A stretch of 60,442 bases of DNA, filler included, from Sphacelaria rigidula (Eukaryota), in assembly GCA_964200075.2 (NCBI GenBank). It is 8 parts of 8 records of this genome, joined end to end, with 100 filler letters (N's around TTAATTAATTAA, not from the genome) between each part and the next. Parts side by side here need not be neighbours in the genome. Positions count along the whole stretch, not along the records: positions 22,705 to 30,172 come from CAXNAA020014794.1; positions 30,273 to 37,740 come from CAXNAA020014795.1; 6 more parts are not named here. One strand, given 5' to 3'. The notes beneath the pieces were generated by a model that did not search any database, was not told the origin of the DNA, and saw nothing but the letters and a program-made list of their open reading frames with translations. How positions within the stretch are numbered: the stretch's first letter is position 1; each line of letters starts with the position of its first letter. The position numbers and the translations under genes are program-made. Below, one piece after another: positions 24,529-36,891 of this stretch.

Positions 24529-24646
24529 CCCTTTGGGAACCCATTGACGATTTTTGTTTGTGTGAATCGGCATCATTTTGACTTGAAAATGACTGAAAAT
24601 GATGCCGATTCACACAAACAAAAATCGCCAATGGGATCCAAAAGGG
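24529..24646. mobile_element. 118-bp piggyBac-like hairpin MITE
   Basis: TTAA|CCCTTTGGGAACCCATTG...CAATGGGATCCAAAAGGG|TTAA, near-perfect palindrome; relatives at ~25347-25457, ~28668-28885, ~44240-44329, ~53460-53568. Confidence 0.9.
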
Positions 24647-25727
24647 TTAACGCGTGTCTCACATTTTGTTCAACGTGTCCATGAATTTCGGGCTATCCAC
24701 CCTTCGCCTAAAAAAAGTGCAGTGTACCCGTTCCGAGTGGTTCAGCAACAGAGGGAGGTCAAAATCACCCTTTTCACAAGAGGAGAATACAGAGGATGCC
24801 CGCTACTAGGAAACACGAAAGTGAGCTGAAGCTCGGTGTCTTGAATTTTCCTGCAGCTAGATATCTTCTTGTTTGCCTATTTCTTATTTGGTGGAACTTC
24901 ATCACCAGCCGCAATCTCATATTATTTATTAGTTACTGGCGAACAGTGCTGATCGGGTGCGTGTGGCAACAGGGTGGCTGAGGTCTCCTTAGAGCTCGCA
25001 TGATATACTGCAGTGTGCTCACACGATATCCCACACTCTACCCATCAGAGGCTACCTACTGTATGTATGATTTTCAAGGTACTTGGCGTACGCGTGTGCT
25101 TTGCTGCTGCTGCTCTGCACATACACAGCAAGTACTGTGGATGTAGAGCACAGTAATGCATGTCACATATTGTCGTTTTGGTTGATAGCAGAATTCTATG
25201 ATCACGTGGAGCAACGGCACCATTCTTCGTATCTTCTCGTGGCCAGAATAAGCATGTTTTTTTTATTGCTGTTTCTCAACGCGTGACAGATTTTAAGGAC
25301 GTTTTCTCAGGTCCAAGTTCCTCTTGTGAAGAAATCGAGGCTTCATCCTTTGACCGCCGGAGGTGGTACATTTGTGGAGTCGGCGTTGCTTCTATTTTTG
25401 TTTCAAGTGAAAATGATGTCGATTCCACAAAAGAGCCACCTCCGTTGGTCGAATGGTTACCGGTACTTTATCCGTACCCTGTTTCTTAGTAGCGGGCACC
25501 TCTTGTACGCCGTTTACCCTGACACTGGCTTGCTCTTTAGAACACTCGCGACTTGAAACGTGGATAAAATATTAGTAAACCGGGCGGAGGGGGGAGGGGG
25601 ACTGCGTTGATTTTCCCCCCTTCTCCCCCCCTCCGATATATATTGCTCCGTCTCGAAAGGGATGCGTGGTCAATGGTCAAATGACTAAGGCAAGCAACAA
25701 ATGAGTACGCCCCCCCCTCCGATATAA

Positions 25728-26960
25728 AGGGTAAGGTCCGGATAGGCAGGATGGACGTGATTCTCGGAGACTCGCACCTAGATACTGGGATGACGAGATG
25801 TATCCTGATGAACGTGATTGTACCAAAGCTGGAATACGCAGGAAAAGTATCGGGGGGGGGGGGGCGTGAAGTTGGTGAAGAAGTTGGAAACAGTACAAAT
25901 GGCAGCANNNNNNNNNNGATTACTAGATGTAGCCTGATGGACGTGTTGTCTGAAAAGATGGAAATGGCGGAAAAGGTAGGGGGGGGGGGGGGGGACGTGA
26001 AGTTGGTGAAGAAGTTGGAAACAGTACAAATGGCAGCAGCTGAGAATATACTTAGATGCTCGAAAACGATGAGTGATATAGCATTTAAGCAGAGTTTGGA
26101 ATGTACTCGCTCAAGACTAGCAGGGACATGAGAAAATTGCGATGGCAATATAGCGTAAGGAACACGCAGAGAAAGAGACTGTCATCTATACTTGATAAGG
26201 CTGTATGGGAGAAAAGTACAAAAGGGCAGCTTGGCGCGGTGAGGTGGGATAGAGAAGTCGAGAAAGTATGGAAGGAGATAAGAGGAAACCAAGACGAAAT
26301 ACTGTCCATGGGCGAAGGCGCGGGGTACAAGACAAAAGTAAGCGACACGATAGAAATTAGGGGAAAAGGAGCGCTCAAAGGCAAAGTAGACGAGGAAGAA
26401 CACCTGAAGAGTACTGGGGATCGAGAGGTTGGATAGGGATGAAAATGTATTTGCATGGCCCAATGGAGTCGGCGAAAAATCTGAAACTGCGATTTCGGGT
26501 GGGGGACCTGGACTTGCCAGAAAGAAGAAAGAGATGTACCAGTAGTCGAAAGGGGGAGGAAGTAGATGCACAGAACTACCCCTGTGGCAAAGCAATAGAG
26601 AGCAGAACCTATATTGTGGCAGAATGTGAACAATACAAGGAGGAACGGGACGTGCCACGGGGGGGAACGCGGAAAGTGATCGTAAGTGGCATGGATTCGT
26701 TTGATGCATTAGACAGCAGCGACAAAACGAAGGCTATACTAGGAGATAGATGGTGACCACAGACGGCGAAACAGGACGAGGGTAAGATATGTAAACGTTT
26801 TTGGTGTTTTGTATGGAAGAAACGTAACGAGCACCCAAATGTTGGAGGCGGCTCTATTAGGAGTAGGAACGGCGCTCCGTCTCGAAAGGGATGCGTGGTC
26901 AATGGTCAAACGACTTGGGCAAGCAACAAATGAGTACGCCCCCCCCCACCCCCACCCCCC
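25728..26960 (+). mobile_element. 5'-truncated LINE family 1 copy (ORF2 C-terminus with zinc-knuckle-like motif, poly(C) tail)
   Basis: MDVILGDSHLDT..., YPCGKAIESRTYIVAEC (degenerate CCHC), ends GCAACAAATGAGTACG-(C)n; stops and frameshifts; an extra isolated 3' end at ~25644-25720. Confidence 0.9.
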
Positions 26961-27874
26961 CCACCTACATGCGAGGTCAATGGTCATACAGCTATGGCAT
27001 GCATGATCATGAGTACACCCCCCACACACACACACTTTCATAACGGTCTCGTCTGCTCGCTTTACAATTGAGTAATGTTGCAATTCTGCAGACACAGCAT
27101 CAGCGTGCCACATTTGCACTGGAGGGACAATGAGGAGCAGACCGTGCTGTCTGTACTGGTACACATGTATGCCACAATCGTCGATACAGGGAGTGCATAA
27201 ACAGCGTCCACTACTGCTGAGCAGGACACTGCTGCATGGTACTTGTCTTCCCAGGCAGGAACACGTCATTACATGTCTTGGGTAGTGCATCACCAAAACA
27301 TGCTCCAGGTATGCAAAGCAACACTGCCCAAAAACTACCAGGACTGCTTCGATGCAATTATAACCAGAGGGTGTGATTGGTTTTGCGTGTAGTTCCGCAC
27401 TCGGTAATGCACTGCAGCCGAGGTTATAGTACGTCGCTTGCAAGGTGTACGAACTGGTCTGCCCTAGGAACGGGCTTGAGATCTCGGGGCAATATCTCAT
27501 GGACACAGGCGAGTTGGGTCGTGATCCGCATGTCGAAGTAATTGTCCAATCAAGGGAAAGGTGCCCATTTGCTCAAAAGTCTGGGGGATTTCTTCCCTCA
27601 TCGATGAAACGCCATGTCTAGATATTCCTATACTGTACGAAGATAGCGTTTATACTAGAGTCTATATAAATCCCGAACGATACATACAGCGGATGACGAC
27701 GACTTTTTATGTGGGCATTCCCTGGAGCACGAGGAAACGATCGATACCCTCGGTTACCTATTTCGTTTTTTATCTCAAGATATGGTTCGCATAAGATTCC
27801 ATACCAAAATCATTTTTTTACGAGCAGGGGCACTAGTGCACTAAATCTAGATTTCGCGTCTTATTTTTCAAGAG

Positions 27875-30012
27875 TTCACATGTCGGACAGATTAGTTCGC
27901 TATAGCTTGAGCTAGCTCCTTTTGAGCGTAGCTCCCTAGTGAGCTATGAGAGCGACGTGAGCTACGCATGTTTTCCCTGGGTGAGCTATAATAGCAACAT
28001 GAGCTACGCATGTTTGCAATAGGTGAGCTACCAACCTGTAGCTCATCAGCTCACATTCGCCCTGGGTGAGCTATGGGAGCTGCATAAGCTACGAATGCTT
28101 GCCCCAGGTGAGCTCACAATCCGTGGCTCATGAGCTCATATTCGCCGCGCGTAAGCTATGGGAGCTGCATGAGCTATGCACGTTTGTCCTGCATGAGCTA
28201 TGAGATCTACATGAGCTGCGCATGTTTGCCCTCGTGAGCTATGGGCGCTAGGTGAGCTACGCATAATTGCCCTGGACCGGACGTTGCTCATCCACGCATG
28301 TTTGCCCTGGTTGGGCTGAATAGCTACGGGAGCTACGCCAGATTTCGAGTTGTTTCTGTTCCGGTGCTCATGCACGTTGATACGTGAAAACGGTTACATG
28401 TGTTCACATCTGTGTTCCGTTCTGTGCAGTGATGGATTTGCAGTTTGTAAACATCAACAATGACCGCATCAGAAGCCACCCCCACCGTAGCCACCACACG
28501 CCCACACAACCACACGCACACACAAGCCGCCCTACATGGCAACCGTCGGGGGCAGAAGCTCTAGCCGCGCTTCAGTCGGAAATGATGCCGCGTGGATCTG
28601 GGTCCTCCGCAATAGGCGATCGATGTGGAGGAAGAAGTGAACACACAAGCAATCTTTGATTGGTCAACCTTTTGACAGCGAGGGTAGGCTATCAGTTGAA
28701 TCGGCATTGTTTACACCCAGAAAATACTCTTATGAATTATGCTGATATGAAAATGCACCTACCCTCGCGGTCAAAGGGTTCATCATTTTGACGGCGAGCA
28801 TAGATCATCTGTTGAATCGGCCTCAATTTCACTTGAAAAACGTATGCATGACCAATGGACTCGTACCCTCGCGACCAAGCGGTAAAAAGCAATGAATCAG
28901 TGGATATTAACGGCAACGAATCTTACTCATGTTTTGAACCATTTGGCCATGCGAACGAGGATTCGTGTTGAAGTCTTTTCTTCTCATCGCGAAAAGCGAG
29001 GGAAAAAGCACAACCTGATGACATGTTACACCGTCCATTTGAACAAGAATGTGACATCGTGAGCGACGCAAGGTTTGCCAGCGGCGTGCTAGGCACATGA
29101 CATGAGTGAGCTATGAGCATTTGTTCCCGGGGGGAGCTACCGGGCGTAGCTCATCCACTCATGTTTTCCCTGAGTGAGCTGCACATGTCTGCCTTGGGTG
29201 AGCTATCGACTGTAGCTTGTCCGTATATGTTTTCCCTGGGTGAGCTAAAAGAGCTGCGTGAGCTACACATGATATTCCTGGGTAAGCTATGAGAGCTACA
29301 TGAGCTACACATGTGTGCCAGGTGAGCTACCGACCGGTAGCTCATCACCTCACATTCGCCCTGGGTGAGCTATGAGAACTGCATGAGCTACGCATGTTTG
29401 CCCTAGGTGAGCTACCAACCTGTAGCTGATCAGCTCGTACTTGCCGTGGGTGAGCTATGAGGACTACATGAGCTACGCACGTTTGTCCTGGGTGAGCTAC
29501 CAACCTGTAGCTCATGAGCTCATATTCGCCGTGGGTGAGCTATGAGAGCTACATGAACTACACATGTTTGTCCTGGATGAGCTACCAACCCCCATGTTTG
29601 ACTACAAGTGAGCCATAGCTCGCAGATAAGCTACACACGCGGCCATTTGGCTACCCCCAAAATTCCTCTAGAGCGGTCAACTCTTCGAGCCTCAAGAGGA
29701 ATTCATCGCCTCCGGAGGGATGCGCGGCCCTCCAGAGGACTACTTTCCTGTTTCGTCCGGAGGCGTTTAATCCCTCCGGAGGCTTGTTGTTGCGTCTGGA
29801 GGGCCGCAAATCCCTCCGTAGGCATTCTGCTACCCCCGAATTCCTCCGGAGGAATGCGCGGTCCTCCAGGGCAGTAGTGTTTGGTTTCTTCCAGAGGGAT
29901 TAAAGGCACCAGAGGCTTGTTTTGCCTCTAGAGGGCCGTGCATCTCTCCGGAGGCATTTTGGGGGTAGCCAAATGGCCGCGTTTGTAGCTCATGAGCTGT
30001 CCGACGTGTGTA
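27875..30012. mobile_element. 2.1-kb non-autonomous DNA transposon with 16-bp TIRs and long GAGCTA-rich subterminal arrays
   Basis: AGAG|TTCACATGTCGGACAG ... CTGTCCGACGTGTGTA|AGAG; arrays at ~27900-28335 and ~29100-29632; it splits a CGAGCTGGGCC-family copy. Confidence 0.8.
29634..29985. mobile_element. MITE with ~30-bp TIRs nested at a TA in the GAGCTA array
   Basis: TA|CACACGCGGCCATTTGGCTACCCCCAAAAT ... ATTTTGGGGGTAGCCAAATGGCCGCGTTTG|TA; internal CCTCCGGAGG palindromes. Confidence 0.9.
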
Positions 30013-30340
30013 AGAGGTGTGCTTTGAAATTTCGTATCGCGCTAGTGTATTATTTGAAAAAACAGTTCAGCGTTGTTCATATTTTTCGTTTTTTTTTTTT
30101 TTTTTTTTTCTTTTTAGGGGGGATGAGGAAACTAGACATGGTCCTCGGACCGTTATCTGAGTTCTTCAGCCCNNNNNNNNNNNNNNNNNNNNNNNNNNNN
30201 NNNNNNNNNNNNNNNNTTAATTAATTAANNNNNNNNNNNNNNNNNNNNNNNNNNNNNNNNNNNNNNNNNNNNGGTGTGGGGTGGTGGGTGTCTGTTTGTG
30301 TGTTGTGTCGTGTTTTGTGCTACCCTCCCCCTCGGTTGGT

Positions 30341-30389
<49 letters not shown>

Positions 30390-31195
30390 CGGATTGCGAA
30401 TGGGATCAGGCAATAACATGTACTGTAGTACGAGAGGCAAGATAAGGGGAGAAATACAAAGTGGGCAGACGTAAATGACCGTGAGGTTCAGGCCCAGAGT
30501 CAAACGGCTAGACACACCGTGCTTAAACGCGGAAATAAGCGCACGTGTTGTCCATCGAATTTTCCGTCAACTGCTTGTGATGCAACAATGACCAAGGGCC
30601 GGGTTAATCGAGGCTGCACACATGGAATAATACGTGATACCAATTATACACCAAAAGCTACAATACAACCTCCGCATTCGCAGACAACTGGCTGTTCATC
30701 AATCGTGCCTGTAGTCGCTGGGCTTGCAATAGTCATCCGACACAACGCTATCTCTGCGTCCTAGAATTACCGCAAAGAGGATACACCCGGGGCTGCTCCG
30801 CCCCATATGCGACATCATGGTACCTAAAACATCCAACAGGTAAGCCAATACACGTCACGTGTACAGCAGTTGGTTCGCCCTCCTTTGAGGAAAACACAAC
30901 GCTTTTGCCCTGCCAAAAAGTCAACATTTCACGTAATGTTCGAGAAGAAACATACCTCCCCATTCAACGGCGTTTCTGTTCTTGATCCCACACGTTGGAA
31001 ACCTTGCATCACCGGGATAAACTGACCTGAACCGAGTATGTGTTACCGGACCTGTACCTACCCATAGCGCAAAGAAGTCCGTGACGGGCTACGCCCGCAC
31101 GACTCGCTTCGTTCGCACCGAGACTGCTCCGCAATAGAAACTCATGCAACTCAGCAGCAAGAGTGACTTGCTCCGGCCCATCTACTGTACCTCAC

Positions 31196-32858
31196 CTCCC
31201 AGCAACGAGCCATGTATAACCGGGCCACCCTGGTACGCCTTCCATCCCGTTGACCCACGCGCGGCAACATCAGCAGCACCGCCGCCCCTTTTCTCGCCGT
31301 AGCCGCTTAGTCTACCCGCACTGCCGTCTTTTAGAGCAACAGGGCGCGTGTACACAAGAGCCACGAATCTCAGAAATAGTACGAGATGGCTCCACCGGAT
31401 ATCCGCAGCGATAACGCCATCATTGTTGTCCTGGTCGACCTCGTTTTGAAACGCGGGTAAAAAGGGCAACCGCCCTACGCGTTTGGCCCGCAATGGTCTA
31501 GCACCAGCACCACTACCCTCACCCGCTGCAGCGCAACATTCCCCGTTATCGGGGGTTTCCAAGCGTGTGTGGGCGTCACGCCAGGTGATCGACAGTCCCA
31601 GGCCTTCCTCTTCCTGCGAGAAAGATATAGGATATCGGAATGGATCACTATCTGGGCCTTGAAATTGGTCATTCTCTGGTCCTCGGTGGGGATACCCATT
31701 GTGCTCCTCTGCCGGCCCGGCACACTGTCGCGACACGACCTCGGCCTGTACCAAGCCGTGGTCGTTGTTCACCAACGCTACCATCCTGGGCGCTCGTGAG
31801 GAAGAAGAAGCCTGAGGAAACAATCGATCAGTAATGCTCTCTAGTGACGTTTCCTTGAGGGCGTTGCTTCTGTCAACAGGAGATACGGTTGTCTTTTCAT
31901 CGTCGTGCATCCCTCTCGAGGGCTTGCCTGTCGTGGCGAACAAATCGTGAGGACCATACGGTGATAGCCCCGACTCCGAAGCCACGGCCGTCATCGGAGT
32001 GGGAACTTCCGAAGTCCATCGGGCAGCTACCGAGTCGGGAGTCGGTGGGGGAGCCGTGGAAACGCGACCACTTTCGAGAATCGACGCGAGCGACACAATG
32101 TGCAAGCACAAATCGGAGTCATACAAAGCGAGACAATTTGACCCCGCCGCCAGCCCATGAACAAGATACCGTTCGGCCGTGACCTCCGCAAAAGCCCCGC
32201 CCGGTCCAGTGACGACCCCACCGACCCGCGCCCCTAACCCATGTTTTTCAAAGACCTCAAACCCCGGGCCAGTCGTGGCAGCGTTGCGATCAAACGCTGG
32301 GCCCGAGCTACTCGGTGTTTGCGAACTGGTCAACGCTGAATCGAACCCAACGGTTGCTTTTGATCCGAGAGGCGTTGAGAAACTGTTTATACTTGCCGTC
32401 CTTTCTCGATCGTGCGTAGCGGTGTCGCCACCGGTCACAACGTAGGTTGAGATCGCAAGTGACGCCGCCTGCTGAACCTGAGAGCTTGCTCCACCGCTCT
32501 CCCGGCCATTCTCACCGCACCAACAAACGAAAGCACCGTCCTGATCTTCTAGGTGCGCTCCAGATTTTTTGGAAATATTTTTATCTTTATTCCGCCACAT
32601 CAATTTCCATCTTCGACTCTTGGAGGATCCTCCCGGGACAGGACTCTTACCAGTAGACGCTGTGGGGGTTCTGAGGATACTTAATGGTGTCGAGTTGGTT
32701 CGGAGGGATTTCGTGTCATCGGCGCCGCGGCCGCCGGGTGCCGCAGCTGCGGTAGTCGTGGGCTGCAAGATGATGATTTGGCCATCCCAGCAAGCTAAAG
32801 CGAGGGTGGCGCAGTCGTCCGGACAAAATGATAACGATGTCGGCCGTGTTATCGGGAG
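31196..32858 (-). CDS. Exon 2 of a WD40-like protein with long low-complexity loops
   Basis: Inside the 628-aa ORF; acceptor cccctcag|LPITRPTSLSFCPDDCATLALACWDGQIIIL (WD-like strand pattern); donor gtgagg (alternative gtacag 5 nt downstream); later small exons (30600-31030) not resolved. Confidence 0.8.
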
Positions 32859-33092
32859 CTGAGGGGTATAGGATGGTTGGTGCGATATCGGACGAAGGTC
32901 GGTACGGTGTATCAGCTGTAGGGTAGAAAGAGGCTGTGGATCCGAAAAAACTTCCATACGGGTACAGTAATAAAACAGTGAAAAGTGAAGCGTTTCCAGC
33001 TCTACCACGAAGCGATATCGAGTTGTTGGAGAGGGAGACATGCAAGAGCTCAAGGATATCTTCCTCACGGCACATGGTTTCGAGGTAGAAAT

Positions 33093-33317
33093 GAGTGATG
33101 CTACGGTAGGGGTACAGGAATATTTTCTGAGGTTAGAATTGTTGGGAGCCCTTTATCTCATGCAAAACACAACCTTTTCCAATGTGCGGGAGATGTCCCG
33201 AATAAAGTTGTAAACGGGGATATCCTGATTCATATTTTCGTGCATCTAGAATCGGTAGGAGCCTCTGAACTAGATATAATTTCGCGAAAAAAGTGCACCC
33301 CTACCGTAGCATCGCTC
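33093..33317. mobile_element. Sola2-like MITE in the WD40 gene intron (4-bp TSD AAAT)
   Basis: AAAT|GAGTGATGCTACGGTAGGGGTAC ... GTGCACCCCTACCGTAGCATCGCTC|AAAT. Confidence 0.85.
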
Positions 33318-33555
33318 AAATGGTATACCGATGTGTAGCGTGCCTCGTATATGCGCATCGGAGAGTATTTATATGGATCTGCTACAATGCATGGATCGGC
33401 GCAAAGCAGTATGTTCTGCGTGTAGTTGTGGTCTGGCCTGCCGTTATTTCATCCAAGCTACAACCACCAAACACACTTTACTCCTGAAAACCTCAATTCG
33501 TTATCAAGCGCGTCATGCTACTGTAGAAAAAGACTTCTTCAAAGGAAGCTCTCAC

Positions 33556-35106
33556 CGCTGTACCCCAGAGAGCTTCAGAGCTAACAACAGTTCCGCTCGG
33601 ACTTCCACGCCCCCCTGACGTTGGCCCACCCCCCCCAGCTGACCCTGCCACAATACCTTTGGAGGAAGCAGCAGCGGCCTGCCGTTTTCGCTCGGCCTGG
33701 GATACCTGCCCTTGTTTTCGCCACTGCCGACGCTTTCCTCTCCCACCACTGCCGCCGCCGCTTCCACCGCCGCTGCCGCCGACACTCCCTCCGCCGCTGT
33801 CTCTGGTGGCGGTCCCACACGGATAAGCTTGTCGTGAGCCAGATCCATGAGTGGACGGCGTGGTCACGCGCGGGGACGGCGGCGGTAGTGCCGTCGGTGG
33901 GGGACCGAGCAAGCCCGGTACCTCCCACACTTTAACATGTCCGGTCATGGCGGCGGCGGCCAGAAGATTGGAGTCTTGGGAAAAGTCTACGGCAACGACG
34001 GGGTACCCTTCGAACAGCGATGCGAGCTGTCGGCAAGTCCAAGTCGTCGACGGCTCCCGTGCTTTCATTGTTGTTGTGGTTGTGCGTGTCGTTGTCTTCG
34101 GGGTAACTGCATGCATGATAGGCGTGTTGTCAGGGTGCATGTTGTTGCTCCGCGATCGAGTATCGGCGTTGGTGGCGTCCTGCTCCACTGCCTTGTTTTT
34201 CTCAACAGGACTATCAGCATCGTCGGGAAAGAGCCGTACCGGGGTTGTATGTCGACGCCGCTGTTTCTCTGCGGCTACGCCCTTGTTGCCAATACTACTG
34301 GCTGTGCGAGATTGCCAACGAGTTGCTTCGAAACTGTGGCACTCTATTCCAAATGAACCACCCACAGCCACCAAGTACAATCCTCCTATATCGTCGTCAC
34401 CACTGCCTGTCAGCGGACTTCCCTTGCCTTCGGACATGTGTCGTCGGCTGCTGCCACCGCCCATTGCTGCTCCGTTTGATGGCACCCGGCAGCACGCCAC
34501 AGTTTTCCCCTCAAAATTGTTTTTGCCAGAATGAACCTTTGTCAGCACAAGCGACCCCCTCTCCGCGCACGGAGTCGACAATGCAGGACAGGAATATGTC
34601 CCTCCAACAGCAGCAGTAGAAGGAGTATTACTCGCTTCGTCCGTTGTGCACCCACCATCGTGCCCACTACTACCACCTCGTCGATTCACACTACTAGCAT
34701 TACCGGCACACGGCGGACCTTGCCCGCGATGGTCTTGGACACAGTAAACGCTGAAGTTCGTTCGACGCAGCACAACCAACAAGACTCCGTCTCTCGACCA
34801 TGTATGGTCGACAGGAATATCTTGGTCCACAGGAAATACTCCCTGGGGCGAAGGTGTCGAAACCTCCAGCGGTGGCGCTGCGGTGACCTTTACAATATGT
34901 CCTCTTGCAGCAGCAGTAGGAGTAGCAGCATCGTCTCTGTCGGTAGCAGTTGCCGGTAGAGGTGCTGCAACGTCCGTCGCAAGGAGGTAGGGATGCAATA
35001 ATCCTGTTTCCGTCAGAAGGCTGAAGCCACCGGGGAAAGAACGCAGGCATGATGATAGGGAGGATGCTGCGGGGTCACCGACGTCTACCACGGCATGCGT
35101 GTTCAT
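33556..35106 (-). CDS. Exon 1 of the WD40-like protein (517 codons)
   Basis: ATG at 35106; DHTWSRDGVLLVVL and GYPVVAVDFSQDSNLLAAAAMTGHVKVWEV (typical WD40 repeat); donor GCG|gtgaga, phase 0, joins 32858 in frame. Confidence 0.85.
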
Positions 35107-35802
35107 GGCACATGGTAGACATGAGCGACAGTGACAGCTCCATGGCGGGACTGTGGACCATTTTCGACCATACTATGTGTAGTTCCCGTTGATCTGTAAA
35201 CACACCAACTGCAAGTCCGGATATTTTTCAATCGTACAAGTATTATTCCTGATCCCATGTACAGTATTACAGGATAAGAGCCAAATACGAGACTGGAGAG
35301 TGGTGAAACGAACCGTGGTTCAAGTAACACCCTTATGATATAGACGGGCAATTATAGTGAAGTCATAGTATTGGTTGTACGGGAAAATAACATGTTGTGT
35401 GTAGATGCTATTATTACTATACTATGGTGTGTGTCTGTATCTACTCTCTGTTGTTGCCCTGAATCCCTTCGGCCTTTTCCTTCTTTTTTTTTTTTTTCCA
35501 TCGTTTCATGGTATTTTTTTTTATTTGCTTTGTCCTTTCCTTTTCTTTTCCATTTTTCTTGTTTTACTGTAGGTCGGCCATTTCTTTCTGTGCTTTGCTT
35601 GTGTTTGACTTTTCTATTACTTTTTTTTTTCACGTCCCTTCTTTTTTTCTCAGAGCGTATTTCAGTTTTGTTTTTCTTGGGTACGTCTATCGTGAGACCA
35701 CGGCTGAATCCCCCCGGGGGGTCGCAGTTAAAGTGCGACAATCAAATCAGCAAATAAAAAATCGTCACTACACATTTTTCAAACGGTTAAAAAAGGATTA
35801 AT

Positions 35803-36243
35803 AACAGCCAATCATCGAAATTGAGGATGGGGCTTTTCCTGGAGGATGGGCACCCGGAGAATTAAAATCGTTGTATCCTCACCAAATCTTCGGGATGTGG
35901 TTCTACTCCTTCTGCTAGTGGTAGCTTTTGACAACAACTACACGCCATGAAAAATTGGTCTGATTACGGACATATTGGGGTTCTAGGTAGAGAAAAAACG
36001 GGGAATTTAGGTAGGTGATGCGGTCGGATCGCCGAAATTCCCCGGAAAATATTTTTTCACCTCCTAGGACCCCCCAACATTTCGGTTATCGAAACTCAAA
36101 TTCGCATGGCGTGTAGTACTTGTCAATAGCTACCAGTAGGTGGAGGGATGGAAGCAAATTTCGAAGATTTGGTGTGGATACAATTCTTCGGAGTCTCATC
36201 CTCAATGAATGAAAGGCTCCATTCTCAATTTCGATGATCGCAT
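35803..36243. mobile_element. Fold-back MITE, copy 2
   Basis: Palindromic and collinear with 11851-12302. Confidence 0.9.
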
Positions 36244-36337
36244 GCATGTTGAATACTGCTCCACGAAGCTGTCAAATGATCGCTTTTGTCCGTTTTTGTC
36301 ACACCCACACGCGGTCGGAAATAGAAGATATTCAAAG

Positions 36338-36613
36338 GAGCAATGCTACGGTAGAGGTGCACTTTTTTCGCGAAATAATTATGTGTAGTTCAGGGGCTCC
36401 TAACGATTCTAGATGCACAAAAAAATGGGTCAGGGCATCCCCGTTTGTTTGCATAATATTCATTCGGGATATTATCCCCAGCACATTGGAGTAGTAGTAG
36501 TAATCCTGGCGTACTTTTACATATTTTCATAGGTCATGTTTTGCATGAGATAAAGGGCTCCTAACACTTCTAACCTCAGAAAATATTTGTGCACCCCTAC
36601 CGTAGCATCACTG
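36338..36613. mobile_element. Sola2-like MITE, copy 2
   Basis: AAAG|GAGCAATGCTACGGTAGAGGTGCAC ... GTGCACCCCTACCGTAGCATCACTG|AAAT (TSD with one mismatch). Confidence 0.85.
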
Positions 36614-36891
36614 AAATGTGGGGAAAAAAAAAATACAAACATAATTTTTTTCCATGGGAAAAACTCGTCTTTCTTTAGCAGTCAGCTGCAGAGGTTGCTT
36701 CCTTATCATCATGCTGGAGACACGGCGGACACATCACATACTTCTACACACCTCGGGTGGGGAAAGCACCCGAGCAACGGTATGACAGTACCAGCGAAAC
36801 TCATTCACAAAAATAAGCCAACGAGAGAAACGAGTAAACGACAGAAAATGACAACAAAAAAACAAATTTGAGCACCCCCCCCCCCAGCGCA

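Noticed and set aside
25750..26040. Internal tandem duplication in the LINE
   Set aside because: The two units straddle a 10-N gap beside G-runs and may be a scaffolding artefact
26739..27506. 255-aa minus-strand ORF
   Set aside because: Spans antisense LINE ends and a MITE start; chance open frame
27900..29632. Regularly spaced repeats as a CRISPR-like array
   Set aside because: Units are degenerate with no unique spacers and no cas genes; they lie inside TIRs, so subterminal transposon repeats explain them
33552..35050. Several overlapping ORFs of 100-227 aa
   Set aside because: Antisense or alternative-frame shadows of the GC-rich WD40-like exon
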